The notes under the pieces are model-generated. The model made no database searches and had not been told where the DNA came from. It saw only the letters and a program-made list of their open reading frames with translations. From positions 868,001-932,000 of the forward strand of contig JBLDXI010000001.1 of the NCBI GenBank assembly GCA_047495785.1: a DNA stretch of 64,000 nucleotides. Direction: 5' to 3'. This document shows, piece by piece, positions 49,711 through 63,012 of this stretch. Position numbers and translations under genes: made by a program. How positions within the stretch are numbered: the stretch's first letter is position 1; the number at the start of each line of letters is the position of its first letter. Origin of the DNA: Lepidodermella squamata. Lineage: Eukaryota > Animalia > Gastrotricha.

Positions 49711-52700
49711 ATGGCGCTCTTGAAACGTAACCGTTCGATGAACATTAAAAAACCGGTTGTTAATAGCAATAACAACGGTTACGATGACTACGCGCGGCTA
49801 ACAAACGACTGTAACACAATTAACACGCGACTCCGCCACCGCAGCCTTATCATGCCCACGAACACGTCCGAGCATGTTCTCTCTCACCTGAGCTGTAATA
49901 AAAACCCCGGCAGCTGCTCGACTGGCCTGCATTATGACCTCAACGAAGATGTACGTTTCAATCATCAGTATAGGAAGAATAGTAATAGCAACTATGATAT
50001 CAACTCGATGAGCTCGTCGATGCTAAGTGCCGGGAACCGTGCGTCAGCTCAACACTTGCAGGCTCCGCCCGTTTACTACCACGCCCCGCCGACGCCGACT
50101 AACATGACGGTAGGGACCCCGTTCACGAGTACGACGACAACGGGACTTCATAGCGCTAGCAATAACGGCTCGGTGGCCGAGATTCGATACCCGGATTTTG
50201 ACCAATGGATTCAAACTGCTGGCAATATCAGCTACGTGACATCGGTCATGCTCGCTCGCAGCAAGAGCGAAAGCACACTCAGCGAAATGAGTGATATGAC
50301 CAATAGCCGAAAGGTTAGCCTATTTTGACAAATCTGCTCATATTATGAGCTTGAAGACTGATTTGAAATTGATGCAAAAATTTTTTTTAACAATTTTTGA
50401 CGCATTTCAACATTTGGCGCAATTCAAAAGAAAACACACGGGAAAAGGCTCAGACAATCTCTAAAATGAGAGACGATTTTGGGCCAGAAAACTTTCAATT
50501 GCCATGAAAATGGTAATTGGTTGGGAAAATTGCCGACTGGTATGCTGAAGTCAGGAGAAATTCGGTCCTACAAGAAAATTACCGCAGTGCCGAATTACCG
50601 ATAATTAAGAAAATAACCAGCTACCATCGGGATTTTCGGGGTTTCTCCGGTAACCTTTCAATTTCTTTGGCGAATTTCGGGAATTTTCGGGAAGCTCAGG
50701 CTCAAGCAGCTGATGAAATATTTTTCATTTTTCCATGTAAACACCAGAGGTTTTCGGGCAATGAAGTCTTCTACGTGCCTCTGAATTTTTCATTTCAAGA
50801 TGAGCTTCAGAAGTGACCCGAAAATTCGGGGTGAATAAATAAACACACCCATGGGAAATGCTCTTCTTAGGTTTCATTTTAGAAAAATTGAAAAATCAAA
50901 AAATGGCTGCGCAATTTTTGGGACACACCATTTAAATCGCTCATCATTTTTTTAAACGATTAAGCGTTGTACAGAAAATTCGGAAATTATTAGAGATAGT
51001 TCCAGGCAATTTAAAAATAACCTCTGTCTAAAATAATATTTTTTATAATTTAATTGCAGAGGCTGTTTTCAATAACGAAGAAGCCGCAACGGCGATCGAG
51101 GCTAAACTACCACGACCTGGGTAAGAGCGAACTTCGCGACGGGATTCGTCAGCACCATGTAGCTTTACTTCGATGGACCAACCTAGGTTTGAGCAAACAA
51201 AGTCCCAAGAACATAAAAGACCCACATGCTTTTATTTGCGTATATAGTTGGACGTCTTTCAAAATCTGTTTCGTCAGCATTTGGTGATTTTTCTAAAAAA
51301 TTGGAGTCAATCGCAACCGAACTTCGCACGGAAACTGAAAAAACAAACCACATGTTTAGAAACGAGTAAGTGACCCCAATCTTCCTCATCCATTATTTGT
51401 TCAAATGATTTGTCAAATGGCAGGAATGCCAAAAATCAGAAGCCTACATTCGTGCTTGGTCGATCGTTGGACAAAATTTGGTTGACTGTGTTAGACAACG
51501 TATCAGATCAGGCTCGAGTAAGTCCCAATTTATTTATTGGCTCAGCCCAATCTCATTATATGGTAACTTTTTAGATCTTCAGCGATCTTTCAAAAACTCT
51601 GACTCTTGACTTTGCGCCTTCTTTCACGGAGCTCATCGAGCATCATCAGAAGTTTATTGGCCAGATTTACGCTTTTGAATGCGGTCTCGAGAACCTTTTG
51701 ACCGAATACCGCCAAACAACGGAAAAAGTACGCAGTTTAGAATCCACAATTCTGTACATTTTTAAACCCTTTTTCAAACTTCAAGTCCTTTGAAACTGCG
51801 GAACTTGCCAAGCAATTAGCTCTACAGCCAAACTCGGATCCACGACACATGCCAAAATCCGGACTTGGAAGTTTGGCATTTGCGGTCGATGCCCAAAATG
51901 CCTATGTGCTAAATCTTCACAACTACAACACCATGGTGGCTCAATACGAAAATACGCTCATGCCGATTCTTGTCGAGGTAAATATTTCCAAATTATTTTC
52001 AAGAATTTCTATTAATTTTTTGCTTTTAAGGAAATGGAAGAGGCTTCGACCGATTTGATGACTTATGGTGTAAAATTTCTGGACGCGATGACTCAACTTG
52101 TTGGGAAGAGATACGGCGAGTTGAAAGGCCGCATGGAGGTTGTAGAATTCGCATGTCGATATCAGTCGAAGGCTAGGTCCGACATATCGGCCTATGTTCG
52201 AGCTTTTCTCGACGCGCGGAGCCATCAACAGAGTCAGGGATCATTCAACAACGGCAACAATGGCAACAACAAGCTATCACCCGCGCCTTCTTTCGTTCCA
52301 ATCCCGGTTACTCCGAAAAATCAGCTGTTAGCCGTTGATGATAACGAGCATAAGCTATCAGAAACAGCTGATGCGATATCGGAGGAAATTTACGACATGG
52401 CAGATTTGCGACGGACAAAACAAGTCGAGTTGGAAAAATTGGAAGAAAAATATCACGCTTGTCTATCGAATATCAACAACGTAGCGTCCACCGGCAATGT
52501 CGTCGGTAGCAATGGCACGGGAAATGGAGTTGAAAGTAACAACGGCACTTTGACGGGGGCGGGGAACAAGGGCGGAGGAAAAGGTACGGCGAGCCAGCCG
52601 ACGGTTGCTAAGGATGGCCTTCCAACTGTTTCGAATGTAACATTCACTCTGAAAGAAAACATTGCCGATGCGAAGCGAATGGTTGCCCTAGCAACGGCCA

Positions 52701-55700
52701 AGTTGAACTCCTTGAAGCATCAGGTAACTTTTTAAATTTAATCAAAATTTAAGGCGGATTAATTAAAACAAAATAATTAATTTTTCCGACATCGAACATT
52801 ACAATTTGCAGAATATCTTTCAGCGGAACCAAAGGGCAAATTTAGAATAATTTTTTAAAGCGTGACCATGCCACTAACTGAAAGTGAGGACTAGACCTTA
52901 CACTGAATATCACGTAATCGTGAAATTCCTGAAAATTCAGAAAGGGCATTTTTCGTCGAATTAATTTTATAAAATTTGGTTCTGCTAACAGTAAGATCCA
53001 CAAAATTATGATACCCACTTCCCGCTAGTCTATTTTCCAGGTCATTGTTAGGTTCCGGTATTTTGACCCAGCTGGGGTTGTGCCGTAAAAGGCCGGAAAG
53101 CGCGCATACTTCTCCGCTTATTTTTCGTCGCGCACATGGGCTCGTAAAAGATAAACACTTAACACTTAATTGTTTCAGCCAATTTTATTATTATTGTGAT
53201 ATCAAAACTGCGTGTTACAAACAAGATGGTGATGACGCTGATGCGCTGGCGCCTGTTTCGCTTCCTTTTTTTCCGGTGCCGCGCGCGGTGCGCTTTGTTA
53301 TTTTTTGCGCACTGAATCGCGTGCGTTAGCGCGGCGCAATTTTTTAGTGCGCTTCATCGCTTTTAATGCGCGCGTTGCCATTTCGCATGCGTTGAAATAC
53401 GTTAGCGGTTTCTTCTTATTATACTACTGGTATAGGTAGTCAATATGCTTACCTAAGCCGACATTATATTACTCGCATTAGATTCTTTCAGTGCGCTAAT
53501 CAGAATCACAGAACGCGCTTGCTGCCGCGGGCCTCGACTCAATCATTGCAGCCATTGTTGTTTCTTTAGTGAAAATGATTTTTGCGTTACTATTTCGCGA
53601 GTTCTCTTTTCTTAACCGGAATGCACTTTTACTGATTCAAGACTGTCTAATAAACGAACTGTTTTCGCAAATTAACCTCGCTAAACCCTCATCGGCTTCA
53701 ATTCGGAATTCGTCGCTTTTACTTCGTTTTCACCTCAGCTTTGATATTATACCTTTTTCTTTGAAGAACTTCAACTAATAATCGTGAAAAATGTCTGTAA
53801 GAGTGGCAAGTCGGCCCCAAATGATGCCGCCTAAGTTTCACTCTCAGGTAAGAATATTTCCATTTCATTTTTTCAACGTATATATCAATGTGAAAGCGGT
53901 TCTTTTGAACCATTTGTACCGCTGATTCGGTAGTTTTACTTGGCTAGGTGTACGGTTATTGGTAGCAGCAAAACTATCGATTTCTTGTGCCAACTTCGGC
54001 TTTTGCATATGCGCATTACCTACACGATGAAAATACAAAAAAACTGCGATGATCTAATTTTCCGATTCATCTTTTGGTTTCTTTTTTTTGTTTCACGGAA
54101 ACTTTGATCAAACACTATGGTGCATTTGTTTACGTTGTATCGTCAACGATGCGCGGTGAGCTCGCTCAGAGTCTTGAAGTAAAATATTGCGCAGTTTTTT
54201 GTAGCTACCTACAAGGTTAACGACTCTCCACCTGGAAATCAATTTAACAAATGCGCTGCCGCGGGAATGTTGCCTAAGATATAACACACCAGCCTGTTTA
54301 CACAGGCGCGTTTTTTGAAGCGTTTTATTTGCCGCCGAAAGGTGAACACAAGAACACGGAAGAACGGTAATAATGAAAACATACCTGTGAGCGCGCGCAT
54401 TTTTTTGGCGGCTTCATGCGCACAGCGAGCTGTAATAATTCACACAGCGCCAGCAGTAACCAGTATAAGTGGTGATTGAGCATTGATGGTACACACCTTC
54501 CTCCTCTTTTGCGGTTTGCTTTAGATAAAAGTGTACCTTATAATAGCTCATTTTTTGCCCAGATTTATTTTATAATTTTTATTTCAAGACCTCGATTGAT
54601 TAATATTTTCGTAATTTTAGATGGACTTGCTATCCGCAACTCGTCGCCAACCTCCACCTGCTAGTATCGAAGCTGAATTTCGATCGCCAGGGGTAGGCGC
54701 AGGTTCCAACTCATTGGCCGTAAATGGGCGAAACAACCGATTGCCACATCAAAGCGGCGCGAAAAGCAGCCAGAATAGCAAAAGAGCGGGTATCAGGCGG
54801 TCGCTTACACAGTGGTTTTCCTTCCTAACGGTTACCAATGAAAATGCGAACGAAAATGGTAGCACTTCGAGCGGGCGCGGCCTGTCACCGGGTCGAAATC
54901 ACTCAGCCTCGACGGCCTATTTAGGCGGCGCGCATGGCTCGAGTGACGACATCGAAACAGACGATTACAATCAGGATCGGGAGTATCATCCAAATTTCAA
55001 CGGCGATAACACGAATGGCGATGGCGATAGAGGCCGATCGCCGAACAGGATAATCGACAGCACGATTCTCGCGTCTCGGGCTGTTGATAGCGTGCCGAGT
55101 CAGGACGAAGAAAGCACGACTGTTGAGAAAAATCAGCGAAAAAGCATTTTCTCGGTTAAAGGCTTCGTGAGTATTTTTCAAGCTGGATTTAGCTCGATGA
55201 ACTTTTCTTGCGCTTTAGAAAAAGACAATTGATCGACTTCGCCGAATAGCCTCCGAAGATAACGCCGCAACTGCGCAGCCGAGACGGAGGAGAAGTGAGT
55301 ATTGTAGGTCAAGTTTTACTTTTTTGTTCATACCTAACATAGAATTAGGGAGGATTTTTTTTATTTTAATTAATTAATTTTCAATTTAATTTTTCAACTA
55401 AAATTATTCTAACCATTATTTTTTGCTCACGGACCTTACTTATTATCAAAATTTCTGAATAATTTGATGAAATGCTTCCCAATTAAGATCCACGCCGTGC
55501 GGAATCTCATGACCCAGATCCGGTCTACGCGCTGCTCAAATGTGCCGCCAAGCTACACAGCGTCAATCTCGAATCGCACGCGACGAATTGCGCCTGCGAT
55601 GAATGCCCGGCCCGGCGCTTGATGACCGGCGTCTCGAGCGCCGTTCTGCCCGCCCACCTCGCCTTCGCTATGACCGGGCACGGCTTCAACGACACCCAGA

Positions 55701-56035
55701 AGCAGGCGACTCGGGCGCAGTTGCGGAAACAGCAGCAAGTTCAGCAACAACAGCAGGACGAGTTGTTGCAGTCTTCGATGCTGCTGCCGGAACATCCCGC
55801 GGCTTGGTCGCGCCATCGTCTATCCTCCACAGCCTCGGTATCAGCCGGGGCTAACTCTCGCACTTCTTCGACTACGTCACCCAGCAGTGCCAACGCACCA
55901 AACCCGCTTAACGCCGGCCAACGAGCTTCGATGATCGTGCTACCCAATAACCAAGCCGGTTCGTCTCCAGTAGCTAGTTTAGCTAGTCCACCTTACTATC
56001 AGCACCAGACAAGCCTAACAAACTTGAGGCGCTAA
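49711..56035 (+). CDS. F-BAR-domain protein with long low-complexity termini (multi-exon; no SH3, kinase or GAP domain seen)
   Basis: Spliced exons give SLDKIWLTVLDNVSDQAR and AQNAYVLNLHNYNTMVAQYENTLMPILVE|EME, which fit F-BAR helix patterns, followed by a coiled coil ending ATAKLNSLKHQ. Exons at 54621, 55219 and about 55489 join in frame to the stop at 56035. Confidence 0.65.
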
Positions 56036-56325
56036 ATTTCTACGTTTTAGACAATATTCATCAGCGTTATGAGCAAATAATACTCAAAGAGCAAAAACAA
56101 GGTTGATGTTTCGACCATAATCGCTATGTGTCCACCGACTATGCTATAATTTATTATTTTCAATTTCTATTCATTAAAATTTGTGTTATATATCCAAATC
56201 CAATGCTATTGTTGAAATATCAAAGAGCCGAATAAAAATATCAACAAATATTTTCTACTTCTATACCATAGAGTGGTCTTATTTCGAACTGTTGGCTTTG
56301 AGCTATAGCTCGGGTGAAAATTTGC

Positions 56326-57608
56326 TTTCGTTTCATCATGCGGCAAAACCGACTCGCAATGTCTCTACCTAATTTTGAAAACAAAGCAGAAATCAAAAGT
56401 CAATGATATTTCCAACCGAATTGATTCTTTATTTTGATTACGCGCATGTTTTCACAGCGATTTCAAGACAACAGTTATAGACACCTAAGACATCAACAAA
56501 GAGAGTTGTTAGAACAATGTGGTTTCAAATGGCGAGCATATTATGGAAGACATTGTTGGACTAGGTTAAAAAACTGTTAAAAAACGTTCATTTTCTGAAA
56601 GCGCAACAAATCGCATTGATTTAACAAGCGCGGATGGTCCATTCAGACGGATCGTCGATCAACTGGACGCGGCTGCCACTGCTGCTAGTAGGGTGCTTCA
56701 AGAATCGACGGTTGTTGCTATTCTTCAGGTAGATGCAGTCGTCGAATTTGATTTGACCTTTGCCGTTGTTGCATTTGATGATCTGCCAATGGAACTTGCT
56801 ATTCGTGGTGTGACGAGCGTCACGGTAGTACAGCCAAGAGTGGTTCTCGAAAAGCCAGCGGCCGTTAGAGCTGATGAACACGTAATCGCCAGTCGTTATT
56901 TGTTTGCCACGGCTGAGCCCCAAATGGACGAAGATGTGCGGGACGGGCGGGGCCTGGTACTGGCCCTCGTCGTTTGAACCAGGCGTTGAAAGGCCCTTGT
57001 TCGTGTTGCCGAGTAGGCATAATTGCGTGACGCCAGTCCAGATGTACGTATCGACAGGCTTCGGCGTCGTCACAGGCGTCGGGTAGGCCGGAGGTTCGCA
57101 CGAGTCGACGATGCCAGCAGCCTGGGCGTACACTTCGCAGTAATTCTCAAGAGCCATCGTGAGAGCAGCACGTTTCTTAGCCAGAACCGTCGCGTCAAAA
57201 TCTGGGAAGTACTTGGGCAGCAGGACGTTGACAATCGACTGCAGCCTGGTGATTTGAATAGGCACGGGGTTGTCAAAGACTTGGCCGACCCACAACTCGG
57301 CCTTCTTGTCATCAGTGGTCAAGTTCGCTAAACAACGATGAAACAAATAGCTAGAAAATGCGTCATGAAAATAACTTACAGACAGCAGGTGGCTTGGATC
57401 CAATGGAGATGGTTGCCCGGCTTGAGACCTGAAACAAAAAGTTGAACAAAGAAGTTAAATCATGCTAGTTGAACCTTTGAGTTGAACGTAGAGATGCGCT
57501 GTTCGAGTTCCGCTGTGGAGATACCCATCTTGGCAGCAACTGACACGAGACCGTAGGTTCCGGAAACTTCAGTAGCCAACTTGGCATCGGTGGCACGTTC
57601 TTGAAATT
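56326..57608. repeat. Near-identical direct repeat of 62718-64000 (offset 6392 bp)
   Basis: The ORF translations are identical. I saw only two single-base differences (near 56406 and 57499). The repeat continues past the window end. Confidence 0.97.
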
Positions 57609-58391
57609 TGGACGAGTCAGACTCATGAATAGTGAAACGCTCGCCGTACGACGCCCCCATCACCATTGACGCGACAACGTGGGTACCGAAACTTCCGAAG
57701 AAATTGATGTAGCTATTAAAAACAATAAATAATTTCGGTAGTGTTTTAAAAAATTAAATTACGCCTCATCGTATGAATCAGTCGAGAATTTTTCAGGCAA
57801 CTGTTCAACGGCCAACCGAAAGTTGTAGTCGACATTGGGCGTGTCATACGCATTGAGAGACGCAGAGTAAACGCTGCATTTCGCCGATGTCTCGATGACC
57901 AAGCTGCTCGATTTCTCCATTTCCTTGTTGATCGATTTGTAATCGAGGCTTCCTTGGAACGCAGCTTTGGCCAACTTGCCGTAAGACACTTCGCTCTCCA
58001 TTGTGATGCCTTTCCTCAGATCTTCCAGGTAACTGCGGCTGCTGTTCGAGTACTTGGAGCCAAAATCCAGCGAGCACGAAAGGTCGTTGACAACATCGAC
58101 GTATTCCGGGATGACGTAGCGCAAATCAGCGGTTAGCCGGCCGCAGAATTTGCTCATGAGGTCGAAGACGCGCTGGCGGAAGCCCGGGTCGATGCCTAAC
58201 GAATGCGGGTTGCCAGTAAGAACGTCGTAGCCTTTACCGAGGAAGTCGATGTTGTTGAAGACAGCCTTCGTATTGCTTCCGCCTGTTGTAACCGGCATCG
58301 GCGGACACTTCGAACGGTCAGCAGGAGTTGTTTGCCCATGAACCAGTGATATCAGCAGTAGACACCCTATAGCGCTCCAGAACCATAACAT
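56621..58391 (-). CDS. Secreted MACPF/perforin-like protein (apextrin/PLP-type) with a beta-rich C-terminal domain, 4 exons
   Basis: Signal peptide, then IDFLGKGYDVLTGNP..IDPGFRQRVF, AKCSVY and FFGSFGTHVVASMVMGASYG (MACPF signature). SIGSKPP...W..QV.DNPVPI is restored by removing a 52-nt intron. Confidence 0.9.
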
Positions 58392-58858
58392 TTTCGGTGG
58401 ATAAAATTGATAAAATTTGTTAGTAGGACAAGTTGTGTTAAAATGTGAATGGTGGAATAGCTGATCTAAAGCAGGCGCTTATATAGGCGATCGGCTCGTG
58501 ATGTATGCGAATGGGCCAAATTTACACGCGTGTTCTTCATATTGTTGATAGAAGCCGCGCAGTTTGCGCACGTGTTCCGTCAGAGTCGCGCGACTCGTTG
58601 CGCAACCAAATTTTGACAGCCAGTGTAAATAACGCCAAAGCGAAAGTCCAATTTCCCCAAATTCTGGCAGACCGTGAGAATGTATAGAAAATGTTGGAAT
58701 TTGGTTTCACGAGATTGCAACGCTATTCGGTCTAATTCACATTCTTCAAAAGAATACAGTACGATTAGAATACGATTTGTAATAAAATAAGAGTTTCTAT
58801 CAGTGGATCCGATTCAGAATAATATGGGTGGAAATATTTTAGCGGCAGATTTCTTCAA

Positions 58859-58928
58859 GCTAGTGGCGCAGTGGATCAAAAACATGGCTTTATATTCCAA
58901 CATCCTTAGTTCGACTCCTGGTGGTGCA
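58859..58928 (+). pseudogene. Decayed tRNA-like sequence
   Basis: A box tggcgcagtgg and B box agttcgactcc at tRNA spacing, followed by a T-run. The D and anticodon stems do not pair well. Confidence 0.45.
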
Positions 58929-59490
58929 TCGTTTTTTCAGTCTCATTTTTAAGCGAACATTTGTTTCACGACCGCCCGACAACAACGACTGCGCGACTGC
59001 GCGACCAAGACCAGAAAAAAATAATCGACGGACTTTGACCTTAGTCATGTGACTGCAAAGTCGCCCTATAATTATTATATTGTTCTAAAATCTAATAAAT
59101 GTCGCTTAACAAAAGCAAAACTTTTTGAGAATTTTCTGTTTCAAATGTGAAAATTGATGACCATTCTAGGCTCGATTTGCAGTGTCAAAGTCCAACTATT
59201 TTTTCATCGTCGGTCGTGGTGGTGGAGGCGGTCGGAGCGGTGGGGTCGGTCGTTCATTGCAAAAAATTGTATTTCTCTAAATATTATTATTTTTTATTTT
59301 AGCGAATAATTACTACATCGACGTGGAATAAAAGAAAGGCAACAAAATATGTGATTGATAAACCCGATAATTTATGGAAAAGCCGAGTGAAATAAGTCAT
59401 AATATTGCATCTGATTTTATATTATCTGGTCATTTCCCACAATTTCTCGTGCTCGCAGTCTGAAGAAATTTTTCTTAAATTTAGCTAAAA

Positions 59491-61408
59491 ATGGCAGCTC
59501 GCTACTTTAATCCTATAGCAATCGACTTGGACCAGGTTAGAAGAAGGTTGGTTAGGATGAATGGCTCTCTGGGTGCTCTGTCTAAAAGGTCGGCTATTCA
59601 TCGCGCAGAGGTAGCTCAAACTATCGTACTTCAATCGTTGCCTTCAATATGGCCATTCTCCGGAATTATGGACGGGGCTGTGATTAAAAGTGCCAAGTTG
59701 ATTGTTGAATATGAAAATCTCGGAATCGTAGAGTCCACATGGCCGCAGGAAAATCAGCTTCCTAAGAGAGAGCAAGCTGAGTTGAAAGCAAAAAGGTTAA
59801 ACAAATTTTAAAATATATCATCAATTCTTAGGTGAGTTGCGTATTTATTTCCCACAGTTTGGTGGAATTAGGCCTTGAACATGACATCAATGTCACCACT
59901 TTGATGGCGATTAAGAACGAAATAGGATATTCATCTGTTACTAAAAAGTTGTTTTGTCTCGCACGGAAAAAGCTGAGCCAGCTCCACCCAATTACCTCCA
60001 TTTTGCGCTTATCGATCAATTTCTAAGACTTGGATTGAGCGAAAGCAACTTGATCACGACCAGGTTAATGACATACGCTTCCAGGTAAAGAGTTGCGATT
60101 CAAATTACTGTAAAGAACATTTTACGATAGGTGGATGGCATGGCCGCTCGAACGAGCATGGCGGACGGTGTGGTGAGCTCATTTGCTTGTGTTGCTAAAG
60201 CTAAAGAAAAGGTTGGCACCGCTAACGAATTCCAACTGGCAATGTACCAGGGTAGCGAATCGGCTGTAAATTTTCGTAAATTTCTGCAACCGTCTGTCGA
60301 TGAAATGGCAACCTTGGTTCAAGAAGGAATTAAGGTGGACGATAATCACTACGAATTTCGTCTTTTGGTGTGCTGCGACTACCCTGCGACGGTTAAACTT
60401 CTTGGCTGTGGTCACCAAGGTGCGAAATTTCGTTGCACGATATGCCAGCGCGACATTCGCAAATTGAATATCGCAGCTAGGAAACGACGTTTTGACGAGT
60501 TCGATGATTCGATGAAAGGGACACGAGGCTGGTCCAAAGATTACGCCCCGATGCTTCGTTTAGGTCCTGGGAAAATGATCATTATCCCGGACTTTTTCCA
60601 CATGCAGATTAATGATTCCCGCCAGCTAGCTGCAAAGGTAAAACCGAATACCTAGGTGAATACCAGTCAATTTCTGATTTCTAGATTATTCGAGTTTTGA
60701 AGGGGCATGGCTTCAATGATGCCGTTAGACAAGTCGTAGCTTTTTTGAAAGCCAACAGCGCTTCAGGGCGGTTGAATGTTGAGACAAAGACTTCTCGAAA
60801 GGGATTCATTAGCGTCCTCATCAAAAACACGAATCACTACGGCCTTTCGAAGGTATTTATTCACGTATTTTTATGTGCTATGCTTGACTGGCATGGGCTC
60901 TGTAGACTTTTCGTAAGTTTTCGAAGCGAAGGCTGGGAAATCAATCGCTGAATCTTTGTTTCTGCCAACCGATTTTGATAAGCTGAGCAAATCGAACATT
61001 TCTCCTCGGAAAACCCGCTCTGGTCAGGCAAAGTCACCGGCTTTGCGTCAAAAAGCCTTACTGGCAACTTTGAAAGACCTCAGAACGCTTTGCTTGACCA
61101 CTCAAATGGTGTTCAAAGACATTAAGAAGAACAGAATCACTCCCGAAGCAAAGGTTCTGGCCAAGCGCTACAAAAAGATTTGGCATCGCAGCGTTGGACC
61201 AGTTACTTCATACGCCCACCTTTTGGGCTGCCACGTTTACGAATTCTTGGAGATGGGCATTGACCTTGCCAAGCTGTGTACCGAAAGCGTTGAAGTCACA
61301 ATCAAGAAACGGCGACGGACCTTGGCTACATCAACCTCGAACAAATATTCCTTGTCACGCCAGATATTGAAAATGGAAAATATGAAAGAGAATTTAAAAT
61401 TGATTTGA
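59491..61408 (+). pseudogene. RAG1/Transib-like DDE transposase, spliced, with apparent frameshifts
   Basis: In order: IRFQ|VDGM (D1), CCDYP (D2), CTIC, PDFFHM, YAHLLGCH (H-x4-H), TESVE (E). The frame breaks near 60000 and 60910. Confidence 0.78.
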
Positions 61409-61563
61409 ATTTTTTACATTTGATTTCGTTGACATAAAGGTGACGTTTGAAGATAATAAACATAACTCAATCAATAATGACAAGATTCCAACACATTTTT
61501 ATTCGCTTCAGATACTCTGCATATTGTTGGCATTTTTATTTCAGTATTCCCACATTCTACAAA

Positions 61564-62479
61564 TTATCTTGATATGACGCGATAACCGCCACGACCATGG
61601 TCGTATATCAACTCGAACTTATCCTCGAGTGCCCACTGAAAGCGGAACAGACCGGCTCGAATTGCGCTGTGAATTGTTGATATCTGACGAGCGATGGCGC
61701 CGGTAGTTCGGCGCAACTCTCTATCAAGATCGCGATCAGCCGGAGTTGTTGCCATCCAATGTTCCACCATCTTCTTAGGAACCGTGGTCAATTTACCGCA
61801 CTCCACTGCGAAAGCGAAGCAATGCCGAATGCGATTTTTAGATTCGAAACTCCATTCCGTTCTACACCTTAGCGCTATAGTGATAATATTAAAATATAAG
61901 AGATCATTATCAAAAATAAAATAAAATACAGTTAGAGTAGGAGAGAGCGGTACTTCGTATATGGTTCCATGACAAGAGGCCATGGTCATCGAAATTTCCA
62001 ACATCTCGTCGGCTGTTCGATACGCTGAGAAAGCGTTCGCGCTTGCGGCTATCATTCAGCAGAGAACCAATTGTGTATTCCTGGCCATCTTCATCCTCCT
62101 CCACATCCTATTCTTTGTCCTGCTCCATTGGCTGAATAGCTTCACCGGTGGCAGGAACGCTCGGCTCATGATGTGGCTCCACATTGGTATCCGCGGTTTC
62201 TTGAGATGCAGCCGCTTTATTCTTGCTTTTCTTCGCTGACATTGAAACCGGTTCTTGACCAGCTTCATCAGCTTCATCAGCTTCATCGAAAGTTTGAGAA
62301 GCAGCATGATGATCAGTAGAGCCTCTCCGCTGCTCCACCTGCCCCAGTCGTTCCATTTGACGCCGGGCTTCGTTAGCTAGGCGGGTGCGCTCCTTCTCTT
62401 CCAGAAAAAGCTCCTGTCGAGCAGCTTCCTTTGCAGCTTCTTTTGCTGCTTTTTTATTTTCAACACCACGAGTCGCCAT
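61564..62479 (-). pseudogene. Transposon ORF2: charged N-terminus and Myb/SANT-like C-terminus, with an in-frame premature TAG
   Basis: ORF 62479-62108 continues in the same frame after the TAG (DVEEDEDG...). A short intron then joins it to RTEWSFESKNRIRHCF...RRTTGAIARQI. Confidence 0.55.
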
Positions 62480-63012
62480 AAAATGTAGAGAGAACTCATA
62501 AAATAGATTTCACGCACTGATCGCTAAAAGCTAAAGCTAAAATAAATAATCGCAAATAATTTCTTGATGCAAAAAATAGACCGACACGAACGACCAGCCC
62601 CACCACTCCGACCGCACAACATGGGGACAAAAATAACTGGGACTTTGACACTGCAAATCGAGCCTATAATGACTTCGATTTTCTGTTTTAAGTACCTGAG
62701 ACTATTTTTGGCTGCAATTTCGTTTCATCATGCGGCAAAACCGACTCGCAATGTCTCTACCTAATTTTGAAAACAAAGCAGAAATCAAAAGTCAATGCTA
62801 TTTCCAACCGAATTGATTCTTTATTTTGATTACGCGCATGTTTTCACAGCGATTTCAAGACAACAGTTATAGACACCTAAGACATCAACAAAGAGAGTTG
62901 TTAGAACAATGTGGTTTCAAATGGCGAGCATATTATGGAAGACATTGTTGGACTAGGTTAAAAAACTGTTAAAAAACGTTCATTTTCTGAAAGCGCAACA
63001 AATCGCATTGAT

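Larger units (their letters stand above)
59169..62664. mobile_element. TIR DNA transposon (about 3.5 kb) of the Transib/RAG1-CMC clan, with two convergent genes, decayed
   Basis: Perfect 25-bp TIR ggctcgatttgcagtgtcaaagtcc (59169-59193 and 62640-62664), flanked by TA on both sides. A second, subterminal 28-bp inverted repeat lies at 59228-59255 and 62588-62615. Confidence 0.88.

Noticed and set aside
57328-57403. N-terminus MDPSHLLSVSYFHDAF of the 260-aa ORF (and its twin at 63795)
   Set aside because: It is an artefact of reading through an intron; the real upstream exon is in another frame (SIGSKPPAV).
58859-58928. Functional tRNA gene
   Set aside because: A and B boxes are present but the stems are broken and no anticodon can be assigned.
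59169-62664. True ProtoRAG (RAG1L plus RAG2L with RSS-like TIRs)
   Set aside because: There is no terminal CACAGTG heptamer, no 5-bp TSD, and ORF2 is helical and charged rather than kelch/PHD.
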